A stretch of DNA of 64,000 nucleotides from a virus (taxonomy: Duplodnaviria; Heunggongvirae; Uroviricota; Caudoviricetes). Shown piece after piece: positions 35,437 to 45,352 of this stretch (position 1 is its first letter; every line of letters starts with the position of its first letter). The stretch covers positions 168,697 to 232,696 of IMG/VR virus record IMGVR_UViG_3300017792_000001; one strand, written 5' to 3'. The position numbers and the translations under genes are program-made. Below the pieces are notes generated by a model. It saw only the letters and a program-made list of their open reading frames with translations. It was not told the DNA's origin and did not search any database.

Positions 35437-37025
35437 TGGCCGCCAAGAAGAAGGTCAGCAAGAAAGCTGGCAAAGTGAAAGAAAAGAACCGCGACAGAAC
35501 GATTGCCAAGGACAGCAAGTCGCTGTACCCGATGCTCGGTCAGCGCGAAGACACAATCGAAGACATCGGCCTCCAGGAATACACCGAAGAATGTCTGCGC
35601 ATCTACGGCAGCTACGTCGTTGAAGACCGGGCAGTCCCTGACTTCCGTGACGGGTGCAAGCCTGTTCACCGTGCGCTGCTCTGGTCGTTGTCTGAACTGG
35701 GTCTGACCCCGGACAAGGGCTACAAGAAAGCGGCGCGTACTGTCGGTGACACCATCGGTAAGTTTCACCCTCACGGTGACGGTGCTGCTTATGGTGCGAT
35801 GGTCACGATTGCCAACACGATGCCGCCTGTGGTCGATGGTCAAGGTAACTGGGGCACGCCGATCAACCCGGCTGCTGCACAGCGATACACCGAAGCCAAG
35901 ATGTCGAAGTTTGCGCATCTGTTCATGCTCGACAGCAAGTACCTGTCGGTCGTGCCGAAGGTGCCGAACTTCTCTGGCGATGACGTGATCCCGCTGTACC
36001 TGCCAGCGCTGCTGCCGTACGTGTTGTTCAACGGTAACGTCCCGGCTCCGGCCTACGGCGTTCGTGCTGGTAACCCGAGCTTTAAGTTCACCGACGTTGC
36101 CAAGATCGTGATCGCCATGCTCAAGGGCAAAGCTGTCACTGCGAAGATGCTCGCGAAGCACATGGCGATTCACCACCCGTACGGTTGTGAGAACATCACC
36201 AGCGACGCCGAATATCTGAACATGATGGCAACCGGCAAAGGCAGCATTACCTATGCCCCGCTGATGGGTGTTGACTTCAAGACCCGCAAGATCAACATCC
36301 GGTCGTTCGTACCTGCCGGTCTGGCGAGTAAGGGCACCATCGACAAAACCCTGGCGAAGCTGAGCACGTTCAACGGTGTCAAGAAGGTGTTCTCGCAGCA
36401 AGGCAAGAAGACCAAAGGCTCCGGCCCGTACGGTGCGATCTTCGTTGTTGAAGTGGCTCGCAACGTCGGTGAAGATGCGTTCGCTGATCTGGTCGAGAAG
36501 GTCGAAGCACAGGTAACCAACAGCGTCGGCTATCGTCTCGGTATCACCATCCGTAAAGACGGCGAGCAGAACAAGTTCAAGTACCTGAGCTACGTCACGT
36601 TCTTCGAACAGTGGATCAAGTACCGCATTGCCCTTGAAATCAAACTGATCAAGTCCCTGATCGTCAAGGCTGAGCGCGACCTGCACGTCAACGAGGTGTA
36701 CCTGTTCGCTGTCGAGAACATGGACAAGATCCTCAAAGCCTTGCCGAAGGTGCTCACCAGCACTGACCCGGACAAGACGCTCGCGAAGATCCTGAGCATC
36801 CCGGTTGAAGACGCTGTGATCATCCTCGACCGGAAAGTTCGTCAGTTGGCTAAGATGGAAGCCGACGCACTGAAAGCCAAGATCAAGGACCTCAAGTCTG
36901 AAATCAAGACCCTGAACGCAGACCTGAAAGCTCCAGGTGAACGTGCAGCCCGTGACACGACTGAGCGCGTGAAGAAGTACCTGAAGAAACCTGACCTCAA
37001 CAAATCGGGGTTGACCTTCGAGTAA
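35436..37025 (+). CDS. gyrA: Type IIA topoisomerase subunit A (GyrA/ParC-like, no CTD)
   Basis: RAVPDFRDGCKPVHR, FHPHGD, GQGNWG, AAQRYT catalytic Tyr. Confidence 0.93.
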   Translation: MAAKKKVSKKAGKVKEKNRDRTIAKDSKSLYPMLGQREDTIEDIGLQEYTEECLRIYGSYVVEDRAVPDFRDGCKPVHRALLWSLSELGLTPDKGYKKAARTVGDTIGKFHPHGDGAAYGAMVTIANTMPPVVDGQGNWGTPINPAAAQRYTEAKMSKFAHLFMLDSKYLSVVPKVPNFSGDDVIPLYLPALLPYVLFNGNVPAPAYGVRAGNPSFKFTDVAKIVIAMLKGKAVTAKMLAKHMAIHHPYGCENITSDAEYLNMMATGKGSITYAPLMGVDFKTRKINIRSFVPAGLASKGTIDKTLAKLSTFNGVKKVFSQQGKKTKGSGPYGAIFVVEVARNVGEDAFADLVEKVEAQVTNSVGYRLGITIRKDGEQNKFKYLSYVTFFEQWIKYRIALEIKLIKSLIVKAERDLHVNEVYLFAVENMDKILKALPKVLTSTDPDKTLAKILSIPVEDAVIILDRKVRQLAKMEADALKAKIKDLKSEIKTLNADLKAPGERAARDTTERVKKYLKKPDLNKSGLTFE

Positions 37026-37030
37026 TCGCC

Positions 37031-37540
37031 ATGCCATTTGATCCGAACAAGGCTCAACCAATCAAGGTTGGGTCGCTGCGTCCTCCACCGCTGAGCTATC
37101 ACAGTGTCAGTGGGTTCACTTGGGTTCTGCGCGAATCTGGACAACCAGTGCGCGTGCATGAACTCGTTTCTGCTGCATCGCCCGACCACCGCTACCGTCT
37201 TCTCGGTCCAGAAGGTGTCGTCGAGGTACGAATTCAAATCGGCGGCTTTCAGGACAAGATGAATGTCACCGTGTTCTCCACGGCCGACGGTGAGACTGAC
37301 ATCAGTTTCGCCACGTCGATAACGCATCTGCGGCTCAACCGTGAAGCGCTTATGGATATGACCAAAGGCGTGTTCAATGGATTCCGCATGGTCAACGGTC
37401 AGCGTGAGTATGTTGCACTTCAGGCAACAGACATCATGCGCAACAAGTGCATCGAGCACTACGCCTACACAATCACGCCGTGCGCTCTCTTTCTGGGCGC
37501 AGGACGCAAGCCAATCTTTCTACCATTCGAGGTGAAGTGA
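37031..37540 (+). CDS. Hypothetical protein
   Basis: 169 aa ORF. Confidence 0.65.
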   Translation: MPFDPNKAQPIKVGSLRPPPLSYHSVSGFTWVLRESGQPVRVHELVSAASPDHRYRLLGPEGVVEVRIQIGGFQDKMNVTVFSTADGETDISFATSITHLRLNREALMDMTKGVFNGFRMVNGQREYVALQATDIMRNKCIEHYAYTITPCALFLGAGRKPIFLPFEVK

Positions 37541-38061
37541 TGATCTACGTCCACCCTGACAACAATCCGAGTGCGCTCGAATACAACTCGGTGATGTACT
37601 GTTTCATGCGGAGTTGGAACTGCCCGGACATCGAGGGCTTCGACTTCAAGGGCGACACGTGGTTCGCTGTGCCTGCACTGCGCCGTGAAACCCAGCGTGA
37701 CGTGACGTTCACCATCATCAATAGCAAGATCGAAATGACTGCCATGATGATCGTCGCGGACAACGGCATGCTGCTGAAAGCCACGCGTGTGAATCTCCAG
37801 CAGAAGGTCGCGCAGCACCAGATCGAGCAAATCACCCAGCAGGCGTTCGACATCGGCAAGTGGGAGAAGCTGCACAGCAAGCCATTCCCCTACGAGAATA
37901 TGTTTGACGGCAAGCTGGTGCAGAAGCGCTATCAAGCCAAGAACGGCACGAACAGCGAGGCTTACTTCTCCATCGCGAGTGAGAACGCCCTGTTCACCGA
38001 AATCAAGAAGAAGGTTTCTCCGAAGCCTTGCAACTGCGGTAAGCCGCAATACGTGGGGTGA
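37540..38061 (+). CDS. Hypothetical protein
   Basis: 173 aa from MIYVHP, GAGGTG RBS. Confidence 0.65.
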   Translation: MIYVHPDNNPSALEYNSVMYCFMRSWNCPDIEGFDFKGDTWFAVPALRRETQRDVTFTIINSKIEMTAMMIVADNGMLLKATRVNLQQKVAQHQIEQITQQAFDIGKWEKLHSKPFPYENMFDGKLVQKRYQAKNGTNSEAYFSIASENALFTEIKKKVSPKPCNCGKPQYVG

Positions 38062-38064
38062 CCT

Positions 38065-38292
38065 ATGCCACACATGCTGCAACTTGAACACCACCTGCCT
38101 TTCGCAATCATGGGCGACGCAGAACTCAAGCGTCTTGACGAGTTGGTTGCAGCAGGTGAGGATTTCATTATCCAGGTATACAAACCCTCAGATGACATCG
38201 CACGCCAGCTCCCAGGGCAAGGCTACATCGCGTATGTCAAAGCAGCACCAAAGGAAACCGACGATGATCAAAGTATTCAAACGGTGGATTAA
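38065..38292 (+). CDS. Hypothetical protein
   Basis: 75 aa ORF. Confidence 0.55.
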   Translation: MPHMLQLEHHLPFAIMGDAELKRLDELVAAGEDFIIQVYKPSDDIARQLPGQGYIAYVKAAPKETDDDQSIQTVD

Positions 38293-38935
38293 CCACCACA
38301 CGAACCGCCAGATCGGCACTTACATGGATCGCTGGTACATTATTCCGCCTGCGTGGAATCTGCCGATCTGTGTGCGTCTGCAACACATCAAACGTGCTGA
38401 CGCCGAGCGCATTCCGCACAATCACCCGTACGCCTTCAAATCTGTCGTGCTCAAGGGCTGGTACGTCGAAGATCAGGTTCAGGACTTCACTGAGCTTGCT
38501 CCGGGCAGCGACCAGAAAGTATTCGACGTGCGTGCCATACACCACACGCCGTTCAAGGTGTTCCAGATTGCGCAAGAGAAGTATCACCGTCTGGTCAATA
38601 TGTCCGAAGGTGGTGTCTGGACTCTGATCTGGCATCCACGCAAAGCGAAGGAAAGCGCTTGGGGTTATCTCGACGAAGACGGCACGCACATCCCGCATGA
38701 TGAATACGTGCGCCCACCAGGATACGATCTGCCGTACAAAGCGAGCGCGTATCGTCGTGACGGTCCGAAGAACAACGATGGTCCTGGTCCCTACGGCCCT
38801 CGCGGTCCCGGCGGTCCAAAGGGTAGCGCGACCAACTCGTTTGACGTTGAGCTTCGTGGCAGCCTTGAGGTTGAAGTGATGAACGCCGCAATCTACAACC
38901 CCAAAGCCGTACAGAAGGGTGACTTGCCGAAATGA
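38264..38935 (+). CDS. Cupin-like phage protein
   Basis: PHNHPY..S.VLKGWY.E...YHR...VWTL; AAGGA RBS. Confidence 0.6.
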   Translation: MIKVFKRWINHHTNRQIGTYMDRWYIIPPAWNLPICVRLQHIKRADAERIPHNHPYAFKSVVLKGWYVEDQVQDFTELAPGSDQKVFDVRAIHHTPFKVFQIAQEKYHRLVNMSEGGVWTLIWHPRKAKESAWGYLDEDGTHIPHDEYVRPPGYDLPYKASAYRRDGPKNNDGPGPYGPRGPGGPKGSATNSFDVELRGSLEVEVMNAAIYNPKAVQKGDLPK

Positions 38936-38995
38936 AAATGCCTGTGTATCAACTCGACTTCCGAATGCGATTATCCCGCATATCGGAGAAACATC

Positions 38996-39157
38996 ATGGC
39001 ACGTACAAAGAAAGGCAGCAAAGGTCCTGGGTATGAATACTGGAGTCGTCGCCCTTACAATGGGCACAACCCCGGCAAAGTAACCAAGCGCATCTGCCAT
39101 CAAATGGAACGAGCAATCGCGAAGCGCGACATCCAGAGCGAACTCGACCACCTGTGA
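38996..39157 (+). CDS. Small basic protein (53 aa)
   Basis: Below the ORF-track cutoff; GGAG RBS; MARTKKGSKGPGYEYWSRRP...; followed by a terminator-like hairpin. Confidence 0.65.
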   Translation: MARTKKGSKGPGYEYWSRRPYNGHNPGKVTKRICHQMERAIAKRDIQSELDHL

Positions 39158-39241
39158 CACTGAGCCCGGCCATTGCGTCGGGCTTTGTCGTTCTGAGCAC
39201 CGCACAGACAACCTGATCTATGAGCGTCACCGCTAAACGGC

Positions 39242-39327
39242 TTGTACTACTGATGACAGTCGTGATATAATGATCTAGCTGATCGAACAGCAGCGTGATC
39301 AATAGTGGTTACGCAAATAGGTTAGGA
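39242..39327 (+). promoter_or_regulatory. Sigma70-type early promoter plus conserved downstream box
   Basis: TTGTAC-N18-TATAAT with TGn extension; TGGTT-N7-TAGGT-T-AGG 35 nt after the -10. Confidence 0.7.
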
Positions 39328-39335
39328 AAACGAAC

Positions 39336-40268
39336 ATGAGCAATTCAACTGCGAAGATCGCGGCGGTAGAAACCCTGTCAGATGCACTCATTGCCTTCGG
39401 CTACCAGAAGGACATCGAAGGCATGTGGGAGCGCAAGGCCAAAGCCACCGTGAAAGCGCATGAAATGGAATTTGGAATTCTCAACAAGGTCCTCGTTGCC
39501 GACGATCTGGTTTCAATCGAGGGTATGTCCCGGGTTTGTTTGTACAACCAGCTGAACAATAGCAGTCAGGTACGCTGGTTGATGCAGACTGATACGCCGA
39601 TGGCTGGCGTCAAGTTCCCTACAGACTACCGTGAGTTCGACGAGTGGAAGTTTGAAACGATCGGCAAGTTCTCGGACGTCATGTACGTTGGGCACAAACA
39701 AAACGAAGGCTGGATGTGTGTTGATATCCAAGACGAAATCGTGGTGGGCTTCACGACCGGTACGTTCAAGCAAATGTTTGAGCGGTTCTGCAACGCTTCG
39801 ATGGTGCAACTGGAGCTGAGCTTCCGCAACTGGATGTGCCAGAAGGGAACAGCCACCCTGAACGACTTGTACACCCAACAAGTTGATCGGCATAAGGCGT
39901 ATGTGAATGAGGAGCGTCGCAAACTGGAGCGTCGTCTCGCTGCCCGCACCAAGCTTGTTGTCGCAGGCTCCGTCCGCATTCACGACAGCATCGAAATGAT
40001 CGCTGAGGCCTGCACCGAAAACCCGCAGAATGTTGCACTGGGTGAGGGCGTCAACTACTACCTCGTGTACATGATCGACCACACGGCTAATCATGCCCAT
40101 GAGGAGAATGCAAACTCGCTCAACGCCAAGAACTGGGAGAACTTCTGCATCGGCCACACCAAGCAGAAGCGCACCAATGAAATCGCCTGGGCGTATCGTA
40201 CTGTAAACAAACACAAAGTGCCGTATGCAATCTGGAACCCGAGCGCAATGCTCTGGGAACTGCTCTAA
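39336..40268 (+). CDS. Hypothetical early protein
   Basis: 310 aa ORF. Confidence 0.75.
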   Translation: MSNSTAKIAAVETLSDALIAFGYQKDIEGMWERKAKATVKAHEMEFGILNKVLVADDLVSIEGMSRVCLYNQLNNSSQVRWLMQTDTPMAGVKFPTDYREFDEWKFETIGKFSDVMYVGHKQNEGWMCVDIQDEIVVGFTTGTFKQMFERFCNASMVQLELSFRNWMCQKGTATLNDLYTQQVDRHKAYVNEERRKLERRLAARTKLVVAGSVRIHDSIEMIAEACTENPQNVALGEGVNYYLVYMIDHTANHAHEENANSLNAKNWENFCIGHTKQKRTNEIAWAYRTVNKHKVPYAIWNPSAMLWELL

Positions 40269-40316
40269 CTCAAACACGGGGTGGGCGCACAAGCGCCTGC
40301 CTCTCTGGGGATACAA

Positions 40317-41186
40317 ATGACCCGCAAGAAGATCACCCACCCGCCGCGAAATGAAAAGTTGCTGCTGGACCAAATCGCAGCGTGCAAGACACCCGTGCAG
40401 GTCATGAAGCTGTTCGGGTACGGCGTTGAACATCTGCGTGACGATGTTGACTGGGGTTTCAACCCGGTGCAGTCGCCGTGGACGTTCGTGAGCCGTGATT
40501 GGGAAATGCGCTTCGACACCTGCCTCGATGCGACAAACAAACGCCTGCCAGTGTTTCACTGCATCAGCGTGGTCGAGTCGTCGAACAGTGGCTCGATGTT
40601 CACCCTGTTCAAGGCGACCAGCAATCTGCCCAACTTCAACTTCCCGGTGGACAAGAAGTATGCCGCCTCCTGGATCGTTGCAGAGTTTAGCCGGGCAGAC
40701 GGGCGCTTCCAGAACTCGATGATCATCGGCACGTTTGCTGAGGCTCTCAAGGCATTCGTGAAGATCGACCGCAAGAAGATGTCCGCAAGCTACGCTGAGT
40801 TGGTGACTGGCCTTGACCCGAGCAACCTGGGCAAACTGCGCACCAGCCTGCAAGATGCAATGCTGGACGAGATTGACGAGGCTGAGCAACAACACGCAAT
40901 GGTGATCGCGAGCATTCGCAACCGCCACCGCAACCAGCTCAACTACTTCACGGCATTGTTTGACGAGGCTCAGGCAGCAATTGATGCCAAGCAGAAAGCC
41001 CAGTACGCTTTCGAGTTGAACGGCTACCCGCCGAGCAAGATGTACACCACGTACAAGGAAGCACGTCGCTCCCACAGTCGTCGCAACACGCCGAACGTGG
41101 ACTGCGTGATCTACCGCTACGTGAAGAAACAACCCCAAAAGTTTGCGCGGTGGTCTGTCGATGACCGCGTGTGGATTATCCTCTGA
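40317..41186 (+). CDS. Hypothetical protein
   Basis: 289 aa from MTRKK. Confidence 0.7.
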   Translation: MTRKKITHPPRNEKLLLDQIAACKTPVQVMKLFGYGVEHLRDDVDWGFNPVQSPWTFVSRDWEMRFDTCLDATNKRLPVFHCISVVESSNSGSMFTLFKATSNLPNFNFPVDKKYAASWIVAEFSRADGRFQNSMIIGTFAEALKAFVKIDRKKMSASYAELVTGLDPSNLGKLRTSLQDAMLDEIDEAEQQHAMVIASIRNRHRNQLNYFTALFDEAQAAIDAKQKAQYAFELNGYPPSKMYTTYKEARRSHSRRNTPNVDCVIYRYVKKQPQKFARWSVDDRVWIIL

Positions 41187-41194
41187 GCACGAAC

Positions 41195-41509
41195 ATGACC
41201 AGCAAGAAAGAAGTATCGAACGACGAACAAGATTGGGGTGACTGCAACACAACCAGTATCGACGATCAGGCGACAACGCTTGGTGAGCAAAAGTTTTGCT
41301 GCCACCGCATGTTCTTCCTGGCGTACCTGATGATCACCCTGATAGTTTTTGGTTACATCACGCAACGCACCGAACATCTGAGCGGCGACGCTCTGTCTGC
41401 ATACTGGACTGGCGGCCTGCTGTGCTACGTCGCTGTCATGGCTTGCGGTATGTTACTCCACGCACTTGCAATCTTCGACCTAACCGTCAATCATTATACC
41501 AAGGACTGA
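41195..41509 (+). CDS. Membrane protein (2 TM)
   Basis: Two hydrophobic helices. Confidence 0.6.
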   Translation: MTSKKEVSNDEQDWGDCNTTSIDDQATTLGEQKFCCHRMFFLAYLMITLIVFGYITQRTEHLSGDALSAYWTGGLLCYVAVMACGMLLHALAIFDLTVNHYTKD

Positions 41510-41511
41510 AC

Positions 41512-41961
41512 ATGAAACGCATTCTGCTCGCTCTCGCTGTGATCGCATCCACTGGCTGCCACGCTGCTATCTCGAAGCCAGTGCCGATGCAAACCTCAGG
41601 TCCCGTATCGTATCAAGATTCGGGCATCGAAGAGGCTGTCGTCTGCAAGTCGAAGTCGGACGCCATGACGTATGTGAAGTACGCTGGCGACAATGACACC
41701 GAAGGGTATGTCAAGTTTACCAAGACTCAGATGGCCAAAGGCGCCTGCCAGTTTCTGGGTAACAGCGACGCTATGACCGTGGTTGACCACCAGGTCGTGC
41801 TGACTGATAACGGGCCACTGTTCATCATCAAGTTCACTCAAGGCAAAGCTGTCTGGTGGGCCAGCGCAAACTACTTCCCAGCTTCGTACCCAATGAGCGG
41901 CATGTGGGAAGACGAACTGTCAGGTGAGCCGATTGAGGGCTTACTCGGAGAAGACGAGTGA
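41512..41961 (+). CDS. Secreted protein or lipoprotein
   Basis: MKRILLALAVIASTGC signal peptide/lipobox-like; AAGGA RBS. Confidence 0.65.
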   Translation: MKRILLALAVIASTGCHAAISKPVPMQTSGPVSYQDSGIEEAVVCKSKSDAMTYVKYAGDNDTEGYVKFTKTQMAKGACQFLGNSDAMTVVDHQVVLTDNGPLFIIKFTQGKAVWWASANYFPASYPMSGMWEDELSGEPIEGLLGEDE

Positions 41962-42248
41962 GGTTTGTGTGGGTGCTTGTCTTGATGTCGCTTGTTTGCC
42001 AAGCCCCGGCTGCCACATACGTTAAACACAATGGCTTCGCGTGCAAGACTCCAGAAATTTGGATGCAGTACGCGACCGCCATTGATAAGAGCGATGCGAA
42101 GACGATCCGTAATGTCCGTCTCTCGCAGCGCTGTGTTGACCTAGTACCCGGTGAAGTCGAAGTCCTTGAGCGCGTGGAGGACTTCTTGCGGATCAAGGCG
42201 AATGATGGTCGCAAACTCTACATTCCCAAGGTGTACATTCGAGAATGA
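41958..42248 (+). CDS. Small secreted protein
   Basis: Signal peptide; GGAG RBS. Confidence 0.6.
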   Translation: MRFVWVLVLMSLVCQAPAATYVKHNGFACKTPEIWMQYATAIDKSDAKTIRNVRLSQRCVDLVPGEVEVLERVEDFLRIKANDGRKLYIPKVYIRE

Positions 42249-43150
42249 AGACCAAGAAGAAAGAGGAGTTGCTGCTGATATTTGATGGCAGCAACTGCAT
42301 GGCGCGGGCTTTCTTCGCCGTGCCGCAGATGACCACCAGCAAAGGCTTTCACACGAACGCCATCAAGGGTACGATCAACATTGTCACTGCCGTGATTCGT
42401 GAGGCAGCACCCACGCACATTGCGCTGACGATGGACCGGAAGTACCCGACGCACCGTCACAACATCTTCGCGGACTACAAGGGCAATCGCGTCCGTGATC
42501 CCGAGGAACAGGCTCGTCTCGTTCCTCAGCGCAAGCCGCTGTATGACTTGCTCCGGGCCATGGGCATTCGCGTAGTTCACAAAGCAGGCGTGGAGGCTGA
42601 CGACATCGTTGGCACTCTCGCCCGCAAGGCTGCACGTAAAGGCATGCGAGTCATCATCGTGTCGAACGACAAAGACTTTGGCCAGTTGCTGGATGATCCG
42701 CTGATCGAACAGTGGAAGTACATCGACAAGGTTGTTGGCTACAAGAAGGTCAACGTCACGAACTGCGAGGAAGTCTACGGTGTGCCGCCTGCCAGAGTGA
42801 TCGACAAGCTGATGATGGAGGGTGACAAGGTTGACAACATCCCCGGCGTCAAAGGAATTGGCCTTGCCGCAATTCGGAAGCTGATCGCGACGCATAAGCG
42901 GATCGAGAAGGCCGACCTGTCTGTGTTGAACAAGACCCAGCGCGCCACGTTTGAGGCGAGTCGCAAACAACTCAAGCTGACCCGCGAGCTGGTGACCATC
43001 AACTGCGACATCATGCAGATCAACGTGGCGAATCTCAAACCCACAGAGCCGGACGTCAAGTTGATCAACCGTATCTGTAAAGCGTTAGAAGCCCAGCAGA
43101 TCAGAAACACCGTTCTGCGGTATGTGGCAGATCGTCAGAACCGTATCTAA
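42245..43150 (+). CDS. 5'-3' exonuclease / flap endonuclease (Pol I N-terminal-like)
   Basis: FDGSN, YKGNR, EADD, SNDKD, GDKVDNIPGVKGIG. Confidence 0.92.
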   Translation: MKTKKKEELLLIFDGSNCMARAFFAVPQMTTSKGFHTNAIKGTINIVTAVIREAAPTHIALTMDRKYPTHRHNIFADYKGNRVRDPEEQARLVPQRKPLYDLLRAMGIRVVHKAGVEADDIVGTLARKAARKGMRVIIVSNDKDFGQLLDDPLIEQWKYIDKVVGYKKVNVTNCEEVYGVPPARVIDKLMMEGDKVDNIPGVKGIGLAAIRKLIATHKRIEKADLSVLNKTQRATFEASRKQLKLTRELVTINCDIMQINVANLKPTEPDVKLINRICKALEAQQIRNTVLRYVADRQNRI

Positions 43151-43170
43151 AAACATATCCATTAGCGCTA

Positions 43171-43254
43171 TAGACGTGCCCGCTGCGATGTGATATACTA
43201 GCCACGTGTAGCGACCCGAGCTACAACACTATTGGTTACGAACTTAGATAAGGT
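43171..43254 (+). promoter_or_regulatory. Sigma70-type promoter plus conserved downstream box
   Basis: TAGACG-N17-TATACT with TGn; TGGTT-N7-TAGAT-A-AGG 34 nt downstream. Confidence 0.7.
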
Positions 43255-43264
43255 TAATACGAAC

Positions 43265-43480
43265 ATGACTACTACCTCCGCTTTCGACCTGAACGACATC
43301 CAGCTTTTCATCAACCTGCGCACCAACGAAGTCACCGCGCAGTACGGCGACATTCGTGGCTCTTACGCTCTGGCAGAGTTTGCAAATGACCACGATGCAC
43401 CGCTCGGCGAAATCTCCATCGTCAGCCTGATGCTTTCGGTGCGTGTGAAGTTTGCACAAGAAGCCATCAAAGTTTCCTGA
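43265..43480 (+). CDS. Hypothetical protein
   Basis: 71 aa after the promoter. Confidence 0.6.
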   Translation: MTTTSAFDLNDIQLFINLRTNEVTAQYGDIRGSYALAEFANDHDAPLGEISIVSLMLSVRVKFAQEAIKVS

Positions 43481-43568
43481 TTGCCCAAATTCAGTAGCTC
43501 CTAACCCGAGCTACTCTGTGTGGACAAACTCGTACCACAACTTAATCACCAACATGGAAATACTGAAC

Positions 43569-44018
43569 ATGACCAAGAAAATCGAAGCTGCCCTGTCGTC
43601 TGTTAAAGTCGTTCGTCAGGAGCTGGGTGCTGCTACTCGTTCCGTGGTCAAGGCCGCCAAGAACGTTGCAACGCTGGAAGCCAAGCTGCTGGCCGCTCAG
43701 CAAGAACTCGACACCGCCGCTACCCGTGCCGAAGACGCCTTGAAGAAAGCACTGGCGACCACCAAGGCTCTCGACACTTCGAAGCTCAAGAAGGTCCCGG
43801 CCGTCAAGCCAGCCACCAAGACCACCGCGAAGCCGCTGCCGAAGCCTGCTGCCAAGGCAACTGCAAAGCCAGTCGCGAAGAAGCCTACCCGTGCTGAAAC
43901 CCGCGCTGCAAACAAACCAGCGGCCAAGCCTGCTGCGAAGCCAGCGGTCAAGAAAGCCCCGGTGAAAGCTGCTGGCAAGAAGTCCGTAGTTGCGATCAAG
44001 AACAGCGCCGCTATCTAA
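43569..44018 (+). CDS. Second histone H1-like protein (coiled coil plus KPAAK tail)
   Basis: KPAAKPAAKPAVKKAPVKAAGKK; followed by a terminator hairpin at about 44039-44064. Confidence 0.75.
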   Translation: MTKKIEAALSSVKVVRQELGAATRSVVKAAKNVATLEAKLLAAQQELDTAATRAEDALKKALATTKALDTSKLKKVPAVKPATKTTAKPLPKPAAKATAKPVAKKPTRAETRAANKPAAKPAAKPAVKKAPVKAAGKKSVVAIKNSAAI

Positions 44019-44082
44019 CAGCGCCGCGTAGTTTGCATGGGCGGTGGGAGCACTGCCGCCCTTTGTCTAAGGGGTTAAGAAG

Positions 44083-44334
44083 ATGGTCAAGGAATTTATA
44101 CCGGAGGGTTTCAAGCCGGATGAAGAAGCGGAAGAACTCGCCAGACAGATCCGTCTGCTAGAAGCGAGTCTGTCCCGAACGACCACAAAGCCGACTCGCA
44201 GTCGTGCAGTGCAGCCGGAGCCAGTTGAAGCACCGGAGCCCTACGCAAACAAAGCCAGCATCTTCCTTGACGAAGACGAAGGTGCTCGCAGATTGAACGG
44301 TGGCCCGCGCGGTCGCGTCCATTCTCGTTTCTGA
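44083..44334 (+). CDS. Hypothetical protein
   Basis: 83 aa ORF. Confidence 0.55.
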   Translation: MVKEFIPEGFKPDEEAEELARQIRLLEASLSRTTTKPTRSRAVQPEPVEAPEPYANKASIFLDEDEGARRLNGGPRGRVHSRF

Positions 44335-44392
44335 CAATCACATGCGCAATTAACGGACCTCAGGGTCCGTTAGCCATTTCTCGGGTCTAAAA

Positions 44393-44641
44393 ATGAACGC
44401 ATTGATAATCTGGTGGTGCAGCGTCAAGCCCAAAGCGAAGTGGTTGATCGTGTGGGCGTTCCTGTATTTCAACGTCTGTATGCTCCTCCTGTTCTTCGAC
44501 TTGTTTGAAGACTGGAACTGGCTGAACCAGTTTGTGTGGATCTTCATCAGCTCCATTCCGCTGTGGAACAAACGCCTCGCTACGTGGCTCAACATGAACC
44601 CGAAGTTATCCGACTGGTTCAAACGCAAACTAACCAAGTAA
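44393..44641 (+). CDS. Trp-rich membrane protein
   Basis: 82 aa, hydrophobic. Confidence 0.6.
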   Translation: MNALIIWWCSVKPKAKWLIVWAFLYFNVCMLLLFFDLFEDWNWLNQFVWIFISSIPLWNKRLATWLNMNPKLSDWFKRKLTK

Positions 44642-44658
44642 CAAAAGGAACCTCGAAC

Positions 44659-44976
44659 ATGCGCAAGTTACTCATTGCACTGGCAGTTGTGGCACAGCCT
44701 GCATTTGCCGACAGCTACCTGATGTCGTTTACCCCGGAAGGCCACGCTCAGTTGATCATGGAGCACGACCTGGCCCTCCCGCCGAATCCCCTTATGCGTG
44801 GCCCGCTTTTCTGGTCGTTGATCGACGACGAGAACCCGCATGTTTCTGAGTACATCGGAGCCGCAGAGACGGTCGTTGTTATGTCCGATGCCAAGCGTGA
44901 GAAACTCCGAGCGCAGTGCGAACATATCGACGATGCCTGCGTTGATTCCATCCTCAGTGAACAAGGCCATGACTAA
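44659..44976 (+). CDS. Small secreted protein
   Basis: MRKLLIALAVVAQPAFA signal peptide. Confidence 0.65.
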   Translation: MRKLLIALAVVAQPAFADSYLMSFTPEGHAQLIMEHDLALPPNPLMRGPLFWSLIDDENPHVSEYIGAAETVVVMSDAKREKLRAQCEHIDDACVDSILSEQGHD

Positions 44977-45343
44977 GCAAAGATTGACCAAGAAGCAGCA
45001 AACGGCTTTGCGTCAAGCGAAGCTACAAGAACAGGCCGCACTCCAGAAGGCTTTGAAGCAGCGACCAAAGATCGACAACCGAGAGATATCGGTGAATGCC
45101 ATACCACGTTATGATTACGAAGATCGAGTAGGCATCCGTAGCTTGCCCTCAGCGCCAGAAGCGCCGGAAGTATTGCACGCGAAGCCTGTCTACGAGAAAG
45201 GTTCTGAGTTGGCTGTGAGGGAGCAGTTGGCTCAGGAAGAAAAGGACAGAAAGCGAAAACGCCTTGCCCCGCTGTACAACAAGGGCCCGGTGCAGTACAT
45301 CACCGACGACGCCGACCCGAAAGAACTCGGTCGCAAACTCTGA
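44969..45343 (+). CDS. Hypothetical phage protein
   Basis: APLYNKGPVQYI motif. Confidence 0.65.
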   Translation: MTKQRLTKKQQTALRQAKLQEQAALQKALKQRPKIDNREISVNAIPRYDYEDRVGIRSLPSAPEAPEVLHAKPVYEKGSELAVREQLAQEEKDRKRKRLAPLYNKGPVQYITDDADPKELGRKL

Positions 45344-45352
45344 GAGGCAAAC

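Noticed and set aside
33457-37061. Long antisense ORFs (573 and 542 aa; likewise 11066-12487, 26209-27672, 39513-41276, 46298-47698)
   Set aside because: They mirror real genes with strong codon bias, and have no recognisable motifs
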